A stretch of DNA of 64,000 bases from a virus: the IMG/VR virus record IMGVR_UViG_3300013307_000004, positions 3,781-67,780 of that record; one strand, written 5' to 3'. Each line of letters begins with the position of its first letter. Positions within the stretch are counted from its first letter, which is position 1. The translations under genes and the position numbers were made by a program. Below, piece by piece: positions 1-9,652 of this stretch. Below the pieces are notes generated by a model. It had not been told where the DNA came from, made no database searches, and worked only from the letters and a program-made list of their open reading frames with translations.

Positions 1-3000
1 ATCCGGAAAATAATCCTGAAGAACCACCGACCGCAGTAGAGGAGTACGTTATACCGTTAGAGGCTGGTATAATCGTCATACTTGTTCCCTGCACTGGTGG
101 GATATCTCCACTGTAGTCGGTAGCAAGACTCGTTCTAGCTGAGATGGCAAGTTGATAGTATTTGGGCAGTACTGGAACGGATGCTCCTCCATTGTATGTC
201 ATGGAGCTTCCAAGGGCCACCGTTGCTGTAGTCGAACCAATTGACTGTAAACGGATTGACCAAGTGCTTGATGGCTGCGGGTTAGGCAGCGTATAGGCAC
301 AGGGAGCCGCACAGTTCATGATGACAGTTTTACCGGTGTCAGCGGTAGAGGCTGTAGTGGAGGTTGTGTATGTCACTGTACCTCCTGAACCGCTCAGTGG
401 AAACCAGTTGGCTGTGTCCAGATCAGGTGACGTGTTGAGTGAAGTTTGGTCGAATACTTCTTCTACGAAATTAGTACCTGAAGTTTCTCCTAAACTGTAA
501 GTTCCAGGAGATTTAAAGGCGTAAGCCATCTCCATTGATGTGGAGCCATCATTCGAGTAGCTTGCAGGAATCAGCGCCATTCCAGAGCCAACAGCTGTAA
601 ACGTCACAGATGCAGAAACCCAAAGATTCGAAACAAATAGAGCTGAAATCGCATTTGTTAATGGAGGACTGAAACTTTGGCCTGTGGATACACTAGACTC
701 AAAGGATGTCTCCATGGTAGTTCCAACGTTTGAAAATTCCGCAACTGCCGAATGAATGAACACGTCTCCAATTGCCGGACCAGTAATCGTTATCGGTCCT
801 GATGTTGAAGCCGTAGTTATGTAAGTAATTGTTCCAAAATTATTGACGTTTGCGGTTGTCTCGTTTTTCTTAACCCAAGTATTCCCCTGCGTATCCGTTG
901 GGACCAGACCTGAGCCAGTACAGTTCCGGCATCCCATCTGATAGATGAGCAAATGACCAGCCGTTACATTGCTAGTCGGAGAGACATTTCTCCCACTCGC
1001 TCCGTTGGCTTGCACCAAAGAAGGAGAGCCTGGAGCTGCGATACTATTCTTCGAAATATATCCCTTACCATTGTAAGAAACAATTGTTCCTGATGAGTAT
1101 GCAGAAGACCCACTCCACGCTCCTGACCACTGTACGCCACTTGTTGAAGTTCCTGTAATCCAGCAGTTAGAAACTGGATCTAATTGGATGTAATCGCCAT
1201 GAGCTGGAGCAAATGTACTGCAAAACGGAATGCCATCTATACCGCCCTCTACGAACTGAGCGGTAGTCCGGCCAGCTTTACCTAGAAACGCATAGGCATT
1301 GTTTCTGTTTCCGAGCCAGTTAAAGTGTGGTCCTGCTGCCTGATTTGACTGCAATCCTGTACCAGCGTAAGGACATGGATAGTTGTACTCACACCATCCT
1401 GTAGAACCTTTGCTCTCAGGCCACGTGAGATTGTACATATCAACGGGTATCATGTTGAACCCGTCACTAACCATCTGAGCTGTAACTTGCTGCTGGGCAT
1501 TGAGTACTATTGCCCCAGTAGAATCATATCCACCGCTTTGTGGCGGAAATATTCCAGCCATTACTTTAGGTTGTGCCATGCCGTACCAGCTAGCTGGTTT
1601 TGGGGTCACGGCAAACAGTGGACAGAATGAGCCAGCTGTCACAGTGATGACTGCAGTGTGCGTGCTGGTTCCAGTCAATGGATAACGTTGTCCATACCAC
1701 ATCGTACTAAGGTGTGGAGTGTCCCATGTGCCGAGAACGTTATTTGATAGTGAATAAGAATCTACACCATCTATTAACATTGTGGCTGTGGCTGTACCGC
1801 CACTAGTAACTATCCAGGCTAGGTACATTGACCCAGAGGCAGGAAGAAAATTGAAAGTTAATGTTGCTCCGGTCGTGCCACAAGTAGCTACTCCCTGCCT
1901 ATATGGAGAATTACCGGTGTTCCAAAACTGAACTGTATCAGATGATCCAGCTGCTACCGTTGGGCGACTCAAGGTAATCGTCGTACCGGAAACTCCGATA
2001 ACTACCTCAGGTGTCGGAAGACTGACCCCATTTGTATTATCAACAACGTGCTGACCAAAGGAGATACCAGTGGCTGAAGCAACAGTCATTGTTGTTGCGC
2101 CGGCCGTCCAGGTAGCAGTTGTGGTCGCAGACGATGGATCAAAATCCGTCCACGTTCCCGTTCCGCCCTTAGTCTGATTTCGAGCAAGATACTTACCATG
2201 CAGTGGTGTTCCTAGCCACATCCAATTCGCGATGGATGCTCCACGAACACTCAGATCCATGTTGCTGTAACTATGACCCCAAATTCCTCCGTGATTAAAA
2301 CTGTCGGCCACACCAGAAAGAGTGTAGTAGTCAGGAGCACCAACATCAGGAGGATTTTCATTCGGAAAGATCTCAATAGCACCCACGTCGGGTGTTGTTG
2401 CGTTACCTGTGTTTAGTGGTGCGCTATCATTCGAATACGGAGTTCCAGCATACGGATAAGTTCCAGAACCGTAACTATACTGGCTTTGTTGGTTATAATT
2501 CTGAAACAACATCGTTGTGGTGGATGAGTATGCTGGTCCCTCAATCCAGATCTGTTGAGTCATGCTACAATAATATATCTTGTAGACTCCATTAACAGCA
2601 TCTGATCTATAGTAAGTTAATCCCTGATTGCCTGGAGGAGATCCTGAGCCAGGGCAGTCGAATGTTCCAGTTCCATTTACCGGAGCGCCAGAACGCCACA
2701 GAATGCTACCAGGCATTGTTGAATCGCCGAACGCCGCCATCTGAGCGCTGCCCGGGCTTCCTAAACCGTAGTTAGTTTGCCCGACAACAGTAGTCCCACC
2801 AGATGCTATAGTGCAGCTTCCATTAAGAGGACAAGTAGTACTGTTAATAGTAATGCTGGAAGTTGCTGCTGCTTTAGCCGCTAGGGCAGCCGCTAGATCG
2901 GTTTGATCTCCAAGAACGCCTAGAATAGTTCCCCAAGTGGTTGGACCGCCGCTACCGCCTCCACCACCCTGATGCCATGCGCTAACTCCATCGCAAACAT

Positions 3001-3295
3001 ATTCAGTCCAAGGAGTAGTCGTGGTGTCATAGTCAACTTGACCTTTGTTGTTTGCGTTGCAAGTGGCACTTGGAGTTCCAGTAGACAGAATAGGCTGGTA
3101 GGCTAATTTCAAACCGGCAGTTTTAAGACCGCCAAACAATTGATCGAGAAGATTGAAGTTATAGTTAAGGGGAAGATTCCAATTTGTAGACCCAGCAGGA
3201 GGAAGCTGAAGACCTACATTTGGAGTAGTAATGACCTGAGCGCTTACACTTACTACAGATATAAGCACCGCTAGCAAACAAAGAATTCTTTTCAC
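1..3295 (-). CDS. Large tail fibre/receptor-binding-like protein with N-terminal signal peptide (truncated at window edge, at least 1098 aa)
   Basis: Absent from the ORF track, consistent with having no stop inside the window. Translated by hand from GTG at 3295: MKRILCLLAVLISVVSVSAQVITTPNVGLQLPPAGSTNWNLPLNYNFNLLDQLFGG. The frame was spot-checked at several points down to base 1. Gly/Ser/Thr-rich, and directly downstream of the baseplate and fibre genes. Confidence 0.75.
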   Translation of the reverse strand, partial: MKRILCLLAVLISVVSVSAQVITTPNVGLQLPPAGSTNWNLPLNYNFNLLDQLFGGLKTAGLKLAYQPILSTGTPSATCNANNKGQVDYDTTTTPWTEYVCDGVSAWHQGGGGGSGGPTTWGTILGVLGDQTDLAAALAAKAAATSSITINSTTCPLNGSCTIASGGTTVVGQTNYGLGSPGSAQMAAFGDSTMPGSILWRSGAPVNGTGTFDCPGSGSPPGNQGLTYYRSDAVNGVYKIYYCSMTQQIWIEGPAYSSTTTMLFQNYNQQSQYSYGSGTYPYAGTPYSNDSAPLNTGNATTPDVGAIEIFPNENPPDVGAPDYYTLSGVADSFNHGGIWGHSYSNMDLSVRGASIANWMWLGTPLHGKYLARNQTKGGTGTWTDFDPSSATTTATWTAGATTMTVASATGISFGQHVVDNTNGVSLPTPEVVIGVSGTTITLSRPTVAAGSSDTVQFWNTGNSPYRQGVATCGTTGATLTFNFLPASGSMYLAWIVTSGGTATATMLIDGVDSYSLSNNVLGTWDTPHLSTMWYGQRYPLTGTSTHTAVITVTAGSFCPLFAVTPKPASWYGMAQPKVMAGIFPPQSGGYDSTGAIVLNAQQQVTAQMVSDGFNMIPVDMYNLTWPESKGSTGWCEYNYPCPYAGTGLQSNQAAGPHFNWLGNRNNAYAFLGKAGRTTAQFVEGGIDGIPFCSTFAPAHGDYIQLDPVSNCWITGTSTSGVQWSGAWSGSSAYSSGTIVSYNGKGYISKNSIAAPGSPSLVQANGASGRNVSPTSNVTAGHLLIYQMGCRNCTGSGLVPTDTQGNTWVKKNETTANVNNFGTITYITTASTSGPITITGPAIGDVFIHSAVAEFSNVGTTMETSFESSVSTGQSFSPPLTNAISALFVSNLWVSASVTFTAVGSGMALIPASYSNDGSTSMEMAYAFKSPGTYSLGETSGTNFVEEVFDQTSLNTSPDLDTANWFPLSGSGGTVTYTTSTTASTADTGKTVIMNCAAPCAYTLPNPQPSSTWSIRLQSIGSTTATVALGSSMTYNGGASVPVLPKYYQLAISARTSLATDYSGDIPPVQGTSMTIIPASNGITYSSTAVGGSSGLFSG

Positions 3296-3305
3296 AATTT
3301 TCCCC

Positions 3306-4280
3306 TTAGTGTCCAATCGCTAACCACTTACCAGAACCAGTTCCATTAGTGTGGGCTATGAATCCCGAAGCACTAATTCCATGAACCAGCCAAATTCTCG
3401 AATTAAAGTCTCCATCATCTCCACTGTCTGTCATCATTACTTGCCAACATGTAGTTGGAAATGACACTGGAAAAGTAACGGGAATATCCCCTAAACCTAC
3501 AGAGGTTTCACCCCACTTAAAGATCAATCCAAAGACTCTTACTGAGTTTCCAGTAATTGTGATGCCAAGAGCTGAGATAGCAGCTGCTATTGCCGCAGTA
3601 ACAAAAGCAGTGGTCGCTGCGTTTGTTGTATTGTCTCCTGCTGATTGAGTAGGAAATTTGGCTGCTGCTGGTGTTCCTCTCTGATTGATAGGGGTGTTGA
3701 CTAGACCTACGTCAGTAAGCATAGGTCCAACAGGTCTGAATCCTGTACCAGAAGCATCTACTTCAACAGCAATAGCACTCACTACATTAGAAGTAGGATC
3801 TGGCTGCCACTGTCCAAACCAAGTTCCTGGAAATGTTACAGTTCTTCCACCAGTAGCATCTTGAATAAAGATGAAAACTAACTTTTGTCCAGGTACCATT
3901 CCGAAAAGATTCAGTGAAACATTTCCATTTAATGAAATCTGGAAACCATTAAACTTAGAACAGTCCAGATTTACTGTGGAAGAAAATGGAACACTCTGAA
4001 TATTCCCAGCTAGATCAGCCGTGGTGAGAACGGCAGAAAGAACGGAAGCTAAAGTAGCTAGATTTGTATCTAGCATGTTGAAACCCTTCGTAGCCATCAT
4101 CTGAGCGAAGGCGGCTACGAAGGTAGATAGTTGGTAGTAAAGCTTATTACCAGTTTGAGAAGGGAAAATGTTGCCAGTTGGAGCTCCGCCCGTTCTCTGA
4201 GAATCTGCTAGGTATGCTGCATCAGATTCTTGGTTAGCTTGACCAGGATTCCACTGAAGAAAATTATTCGAACCAGCCAT
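3306..4280 (-). CDS. Tail fibre protein with gp53-like C-terminal domain
   Basis: C-terminal GLIFKWG...VTFPVSFPTTCWQV motif and NTTNAATTAFV fibre repeat; follows the baseplate genes. Confidence 0.75.
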   Translation of the reverse strand: MAGSNNFLQWNPGQANQESDAAYLADSQRTGGAPTGNIFPSQTGNKLYYQLSTFVAAFAQMMATKGFNMLDTNLATLASVLSAVLTTADLAGNIQSVPFSSTVNLDCSKFNGFQISLNGNVSLNLFGMVPGQKLVFIFIQDATGGRTVTFPGTWFGQWQPDPTSNVVSAIAVEVDASGTGFRPVGPMLTDVGLVNTPINQRGTPAAAKFPTQSAGDNTTNAATTAFVTAAIAAAISALGITITGNSVRVFGLIFKWGETSVGLGDIPVTFPVSFPTTCWQVMMTDSGDDGDFNSRIWLVHGISASGFIAHTNGTGSGKWLAIGH

Positions 4281-4283
4281 TGG

Positions 4284-4868
4284 TTAACTCCACTTACCGG
4301 TATCCCAACCGGCGACGAATGCATCGTCTCTGTCGAATCCGAAGAACGGAAGACCAACGATGAAGTAATTGTACTGAACTCCTTCGGGTCTAGGAACAAT
4401 CATGTCATGAGTGATTAGATCTTGAATGATTGAAGTAAAGGTTCCTGTCAAGATAATATTAGCACTCATGTTCTGATTATCTTGAATGATGATCTGTCCA
4501 CCAGCAAATAACTGAGACCAAATTGGATAAAGACTGCCAATCTTTCCATCCCATTGATTGTTTGCTATAGTTGCTTTGATTAGAAGTCTGTAAGTCGTGT
4601 CATCCAAAATTGGACTAACACTAGCACTAGGCTGAAATGGAACAGTTCTAAATACTCCTACTATCTGACCTAAAACGTCTAATTGAACTCCGATAGCAAC
4701 ATCCAGATCAAAAGCGCCGTTTATCTCTATCAGGCAATTTGAGATGTCATCCAGAATATTGAGAAGTGTCTGCAGCCACTGTTTAAAAATAGCTGAAGAG
4801 CTATATTCTGAAGTCAGTAGGTTCAGATAGTAAGGAACAGGAAGAATCTGTACAGGTGTTGTGGACAT
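4284..4868 (-). CDS. Baseplate protein (DUF2612-like)
   Basis: FDLDVAIGVQLDVLGQIVGV and LDDTTYRLLIKATIANNQWDG motifs; PRPEGV. Confidence 0.85.
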   Translation of the reverse strand: MSTTPVQILPVPYYLNLLTSEYSSSAIFKQWLQTLLNILDDISNCLIEINGAFDLDVAIGVQLDVLGQIVGVFRTVPFQPSASVSPILDDTTYRLLIKATIANNQWDGKIGSLYPIWSQLFAGGQIIIQDNQNMSANIILTGTFTSIIQDLITHDMIVPRPEGVQYNYFIVGLPFFGFDRDDAFVAGWDTGKWS

Positions 4869-4869
4869 T

Positions 4870-6069
4870 TTACACCACCGTCAGAATAATGTTCGGCACG
4901 ATACCTTGTGCAGTTTCCCAGAAATTAAGAACGATGTCAGTTGTACCTACTGGAGAAGGAGCTATTCCAGTGGTCATAACTGTTACCTTATAATCAGGCG
5001 ACAGAAGACTCTTGTTAACTGACATTGCTACTGCCATGAGGGCATTAAAGATAACTGCTTCACCGATCTTAAGCCCATTTAGATAGGCTGCAAGGGCATT
5101 TACTATGTCATCCTGCATAGCAGAATTGAAGGCAGAAGTTATACCATGAACTGAAAGACTGATGTAGATTGGAACGTAAGAAGGCCTAATGAAACTGATC
5201 GGAGTAATGTTTCCAGAATTTGGATCAGTAACGTTAACCGTTGTCATAGCAGTAGCAGTAGCTGCGTCTGTATTACAGCCAATTCCCTTGTTATTGTAAA
5301 TAGAAGTGGCTACGGCTAGATCAGTTCCACCCTCAACTACACACGTTATTGAGTGCCCTGTATTTCCGAAAGGGTCAGTGACGTTCGTCTGATTCTCAAT
5401 CACATTGATACGTGTAACTCCAGGAGTAGCAAGAAGATCTGCGATCGTCCCAGCCAGTCTTGTAAGTGAAGGAAGAGCTACAGATATGCCTTGTCTTGCT
5501 CTTAATTGAGAATCAGCTTCAGGTATGTCTCCAGGAATAGCAGCAGAAGGATTTGTAACTCCTGTCCAGCCAGCAGTGAACCCACCCACAGGAAATTTAA
5601 TAGTGTTTGGATCGGCACTAATGGCTCCACTTTGTTGTGCGGTCCCAATAGCTCCAACAGTCCCGCCCGGTCCGATTGTAACGGTGGCTGGCAAAATCCA
5701 CAGAACACCGTTAATGTCCGCAACAACCGCATTATTGATGGGAGTTCCAGGAGCACCAGACAAAACTAAGATAGCCGTTGAGAAAGTAGGAACTTTTCTT
5801 GCTATTCCATTCAGTTTGATGATACTATCAAGACCTGAGCCGATGGCAGTCAGTGGAGATCTCTGATTATACTCAAGCTGACACAAACTCATGTTATCAT
5901 TGAGTTTAAGAGTTAGCGCAGTTATCCACTGATAGTCGGCTGAGTCATTTCCAAGATAGGTAGTAGCTCCATAACAGGCACGATAAGCATCAATCAGAAC
6001 CTGCTGCATGTCATCAAACGTAGGAATCGACAAACCAGCAGATGTCACCTTTGGTGCAAAGTATGTCAT
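4870..6069 (-). CDS. Baseplate J/gp47 family protein
   Basis: AIGSGLDSIIKLNGIARK, EADSQLRARQ and HSITCVVEGG motifs. Confidence 0.9.
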   Translation of the reverse strand: MTYFAPKVTSAGLSIPTFDDMQQVLIDAYRACYGATTYLGNDSADYQWITALTLKLNDNMSLCQLEYNQRSPLTAIGSGLDSIIKLNGIARKVPTFSTAILVLSGAPGTPINNAVVADINGVLWILPATVTIGPGGTVGAIGTAQQSGAISADPNTIKFPVGGFTAGWTGVTNPSAAIPGDIPEADSQLRARQGISVALPSLTRLAGTIADLLATPGVTRINVIENQTNVTDPFGNTGHSITCVVEGGTDLAVATSIYNNKGIGCNTDAATATAMTTVNVTDPNSGNITPISFIRPSYVPIYISLSVHGITSAFNSAMQDDIVNALAAYLNGLKIGEAVIFNALMAVAMSVNKSLLSPDYKVTVMTTGIAPSPVGTTDIVLNFWETAQGIVPNIILTVV

Positions 6070-6077
6070 GGATTCCT

Positions 6078-6476
6078 CTAATTAGAAACGGTAAGTGAAG
6101 CTGACGAACCAGGAGAACTCACAATAAAAACTGTTCCAAACGGAGTTTCAGCCTGAGCAGAAAACTTAAACTGTCTACTTTCATAGCTAGCCTTAACGTT
6201 ACTTACTAGCGTAACGAACGGAGACAGTTTAATTCTTTGAGAAATTAAGTTAACTACTACTTTCAGATTTGTCACAGATCCTGAAGAACCTAGGATATTC
6301 TGAAATAGTGGTAATCCATCTAACAGATCTAAAAACCATTCACCCTCAAATAGCTTAAGTCTGGTTCCGATTATCTGAGTAACGGCTTGAAGATCAGAGA
6401 TGAAACTATCCTGACCATTTCCTTGTAAGGGTTCTCCAGTGTCAGGGTCCAATGCGCGAACTGTAATAGTAGCCAT
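6078..6476 (-). CDS. Baseplate wedge subunit (gp25/W-like)
   Basis: TRLKLFEGEWFLDLLDGLP motif; position between spike and baseplate J. Confidence 0.75.
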   Translation of the reverse strand: MATITVRALDPDTGEPLQGNGQDSFISDLQAVTQIIGTRLKLFEGEWFLDLLDGLPLFQNILGSSGSVTNLKVVVNLISQRIKLSPFVTLVSNVKASYESRQFKFSAQAETPFGTVFIVSSPGSSASLTVSN

Positions 6477-7186
6477 TACGGTGTCACCGGTCCTGAGTCA
6501 CTACCACCGGTAGCAACTCCTGTGTGAGTATGAGTAAGAAAGACTTTTCCATCTATAGTGGTATCCACATCGTCACTAGCAATGATAACTTTCTTTCCCT
6601 GGATCTTTATATCTCCTGTGGCTGAAAGATCAATTTCAGGAGCTGTGATAGAAATCTTAGTAGGACTGAGACTAACCACCACAGATAGATCATCTGACCT
6701 AAGCTGCACAGAGTCAGGAGAATAGTTTGGAATATTATTCGGCTGAGACCAAGGACCAAATAAGGCGAAAGCATCAGAAAGATCATGTCTCCGTTTATCT
6801 GCTTGAGGATTAACTCCTCCATTTTGCCACCACCCGTCTATACACATGTCAGCAAAAATTAGAAGACATTCAGTTCCTTCTACTATGGGAAAAGTAAGAG
6901 ACCACCCAGGAACTCTCATCATAATAATAGGAACATCTTCTAATTGATCGATAGACTCATTGACTGGAATATTTTGAGTTACACCAGGATTAGGAGTCGC
7001 CGTAGTAACTGGAGGTGGCTTTAGGACAATTTCCTGAAGAGCTATCTGAGCTACAATGGTCTGCTTGTCAGGATCAAAAGAGACTACGTACGCAGGTATA
7101 GCTGTGCGCATCATACAGGCCCACTGCCATAAAGCTCCCTCTATGGACTCTGTACTTAAACCTAGTCTCTCTTGAATTGAAATCAT
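6476..7186 (-). CDS. Baseplate spike, Gp138-like
   Basis: GTECLLIFADMCIDGWW, RRHDLSDA and C-terminal HTHTGV iron-binding tip; start reassigned to MISIQERL. Confidence 0.85.
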   Translation of the reverse strand: MISIQERLGLSTESIEGALWQWACMMRTAIPAYVVSFDPDKQTIVAQIALQEIVLKPPPVTTATPNPGVTQNIPVNESIDQLEDVPIIMMRVPGWSLTFPIVEGTECLLIFADMCIDGWWQNGGVNPQADKRRHDLSDAFALFGPWSQPNNIPNYSPDSVQLRSDDLSVVVSLSPTKISITAPEIDLSATGDIKIQGKKVIIASDDVDTTIDGKVFLTHTHTGVATGGSDSGPVTP

Positions 7187-7188
7187 AG

Positions 7189-8310
7189 TTAGTTTCCTGT
7201 TGCATCTGCCTGACCGCTCTGACCGAGCAATTGAATTGCAGTTAGAATCTGAGCTGCTCCAGTAATTTCTGTGTACCATTCATTTCCACGCGTGTCTCCT
7301 CTGATGCAGACACCGATCACTACATATTGATCTACAAGTGGAAGAGGAGGAAATGAACCTTTAGAAAGAGGATATCCAATTGGAGCTTGACGGATATACT
7401 GAATAGCAAGTCCAACTTTCACTAAGGGAGCTACCACTTGCACTAGCGGGTCTATCAAAATTCTGAAGTCAACACCTAGTTGTGTTTGTCTGGGATGCCC
7501 TACTAAAGTGAAAGAAACTTTACTAGCTGTTTGAGGTGGCGGACCTAATGGAATCACTGGAGCATAAGTACCTACTAATGGACCGGTAGGAGTTTGTAGA
7601 GTATCTATATTCCAGTGAGTAGCATCAAACCATGAAAGACAATTAGCTTGATCTGCTAGTTTGTTCAGGTAGTGATGTGGGTTTCCAAAATAAGTTTTCG
7701 CTCTTGGTAGGTTACCTGATCCTCGTTGGGGTTTAGCTGCAGCAAGAGCAGATTGGACTTGAGACTGTCTGATTCCAATTTTGTTAACGGCATTTTCTGC
7801 AATGAACTGAGCTTGGCTAAACTGAGTGGACCTAGCTGGGAGTGTGGCATTGAGAAAATTCTGAGTCGTTAAGGCTCGGTTTAACAGACAGTGAATAATC
7901 AGTCTCTGATCTACAATATCTGGTCTATCTTGAATAGTGTAGAAAATGGGACCATTCCAAATAACAGGAGGAATTGATGGAGGAGGATAGTCGAATTGGT
8001 AACCTGCTGCCAGAGTAACCATATCTCCTTCCTGAATGATAGCCTGGTAAAGATTTATTCCCTTTGAAGGTCCTGAGCTGATAGGTCCATTAGCATTCCA
8101 AATAGTAATCTCAGCGTGCCAAAATGCAGAAAATGCAAGTTGAGTTACTTCAAAGGTCATTCGAAGTGCTTCTGGCTCAAAGGTATCACTCGTGATAACT
8201 ATAGGAGTTCCAGCACTAGGACCTGCATTTGGAGTGATAGTCAAGGACCACGCTCTTCCAAAGAACGGAATCTTTGAAGAAGTTATCGCAGTTGACATAA
8301 TATCACCCAT
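7189..8310 (-). CDS. Baseplate hub protein
   Basis: FGRAWSL N-terminus, AEITIWN, LAAGY and GDTRGNEWYTEI motifs; synteny. Confidence 0.75.
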   Translation of the reverse strand: MGDIMSTAITSSKIPFFGRAWSLTITPNAGPSAGTPIVITSDTFEPEALRMTFEVTQLAFSAFWHAEITIWNANGPISSGPSKGINLYQAIIQEGDMVTLAAGYQFDYPPPSIPPVIWNGPIFYTIQDRPDIVDQRLIIHCLLNRALTTQNFLNATLPARSTQFSQAQFIAENAVNKIGIRQSQVQSALAAAKPQRGSGNLPRAKTYFGNPHHYLNKLADQANCLSWFDATHWNIDTLQTPTGPLVGTYAPVIPLGPPPQTASKVSFTLVGHPRQTQLGVDFRILIDPLVQVVAPLVKVGLAIQYIRQAPIGYPLSKGSFPPLPLVDQYVVIGVCIRGDTRGNEWYTEITGAAQILTAIQLLGQSGQADATGN

Positions 8311-8325
8311 TTGATCATTTTGTTA

Positions 8326-8430
8326 ATTACCAGGGTCACACCAGGGAAATCCAGGGATACCAAGGGTTAACTTGTGCATATATGCAATGATAAATTAATC
8401 ATCCGGCATTTGCACATTTACTATCCAGCC
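8326..8430. repeat. Dispersed ~110-bp element, copy A
   Basis: CCAGGG at 8330, 8341 and 8351 plus CAAGGG at 8361, followed by TTGTGCA...TGATAA...ATTTGCACA; 31 bp identical to 50484-50514. Confidence 0.9.
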
Positions 8431-8432
8431 AC

Positions 8433-8858
8433 TTAAAATAGTGGAGTATCATCTATCCAGAGCTGAAAGTCTGTTCCTAGGTTTGTGTCATTAGGATAGT
8501 CTAACCCACCAAATCCTTCTTCTCCTCCATAAGGACCTGAACCATAGAATCCTTCACCATATCCAGTGTTACTTCCTGTCTTAGGAAATAAATTGGATAC
8601 ATTCACAATGTACCAGCTTCCAATTTTGAGATAAGCTTGTTGAGCTAGTATATTGGCGGCAGGATAACTTCCCGTGAGCATTGGAACTGAATCTATAAGA
8701 AGATTCCCACTAGCGTCAGAGATACTTAGTATCCAGTATCCTGCCATCTGATTATACTTCACAGCTATATTCAACTGTAAAGAAACTCCATCAACAGTAA
8801 TAAGAACAGTAGCCTGTTGATTAGGAGAGGTGGTCAGAGGAATTACTTGAAGAGCCAT
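8433..8858 (-). CDS. Baseplate plug-like protein
   Basis: IPLTTSPNQQ, YNQMAGYWILSISD and ANILAQQAYLKIG motifs typical of this baseplate gene position. Confidence 0.65.
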   Translation of the reverse strand: MALQVIPLTTSPNQQATVLITVDGVSLQLNIAVKYNQMAGYWILSISDASGNLLIDSVPMLTGSYPAANILAQQAYLKIGSWYIVNVSNLFPKTGSNTGYGEGFYGSGPYGGEEGFGGLDYPNDTNLGTDFQLWIDDTPLF

Positions 8859-8866
8859 CCTTCCTC

Positions 8867-9652
8867 CTAATTAACAGTTCTACTCCAATTGTTACTACTG
8901 ACGTCTCCTGATCCTGGAATTTGTGGGTAAGTTTTCACATTCGGGTACAGGTCAGATGGAAGAGCATTTTGCTCTAGTTGAGCAGAATTTGGTGGTCTTG
9001 ACTGAATTACTCCATTTGAAGTACTGCCTGTTGTTTGAGATCTAGCACTAACAGTCTGAACTGAAGCAACGCTAGCAGATAATGTTTCTTCTAAAACTAA
9101 AGACGCTTTCAAAGCGTGTTTAGTTTTGTTATCATCAGGAGTAGTAGCATCAATGAGCAGACAGTTAACGTAAGTGTCCAGTCTGGTAGTTAATGTTATC
9201 AGAGTCTTTCCTACTTGAAATCCCTTAATTACTTGCCAAGCAGAAATACTCTTAGTAGAGAACCCAGTCCACACACCTTGAGAGTAAGATGCCATGGCAT
9301 CTGACATTCCAACTTCTAGAGTTATTCTAGATGGTTCTATGTATGCGTGGTCTGAAATATTCGCCCCGGTAAGAACAGGGTGGGAGGTTTTCCTTAGTCT
9401 TCTAGAATGAGTGATCTTGAAGACAGCATCAAAAATGTAGTCAACTTGAACAGGAGAACCTTGTCTGGGGCTAATTGTAAATGGAGGCTGGATTACACTC
9501 AAAATAGTAAGTGCTGGCTGTGAGTACTGTGGAGGAGTCCAAACTCCTCCTTCAATCTCTACTTGAGGCGCATCAGAGGATCCGAAGATAATCTGTTCTG
9601 ACGTAAAAGCCGCCAAGGAAAGAGCCGAAGGGAGAAAAATTCCGCTTGACAT
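8867..9652 (-). CDS. Baseplate/tail-tube initiator protein
   Basis: FDAVFKITH...TSHPVLTGANISDHAYIEP motif; follows tape measure. Confidence 0.75.
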   Translation of the reverse strand: MSSGIFLPSALSLAAFTSEQIIFGSSDAPQVEIEGGVWTPPQYSQPALTILSVIQPPFTISPRQGSPVQVDYIFDAVFKITHSRRLRKTSHPVLTGANISDHAYIEPSRITLEVGMSDAMASYSQGVWTGFSTKSISAWQVIKGFQVGKTLITLTTRLDTYVNCLLIDATTPDDNKTKHALKASLVLEETLSASVASVQTVSARSQTTGSTSNGVIQSRPPNSAQLEQNALPSDLYPNVKTYPQIPGSGDVSSNNWSRTVN

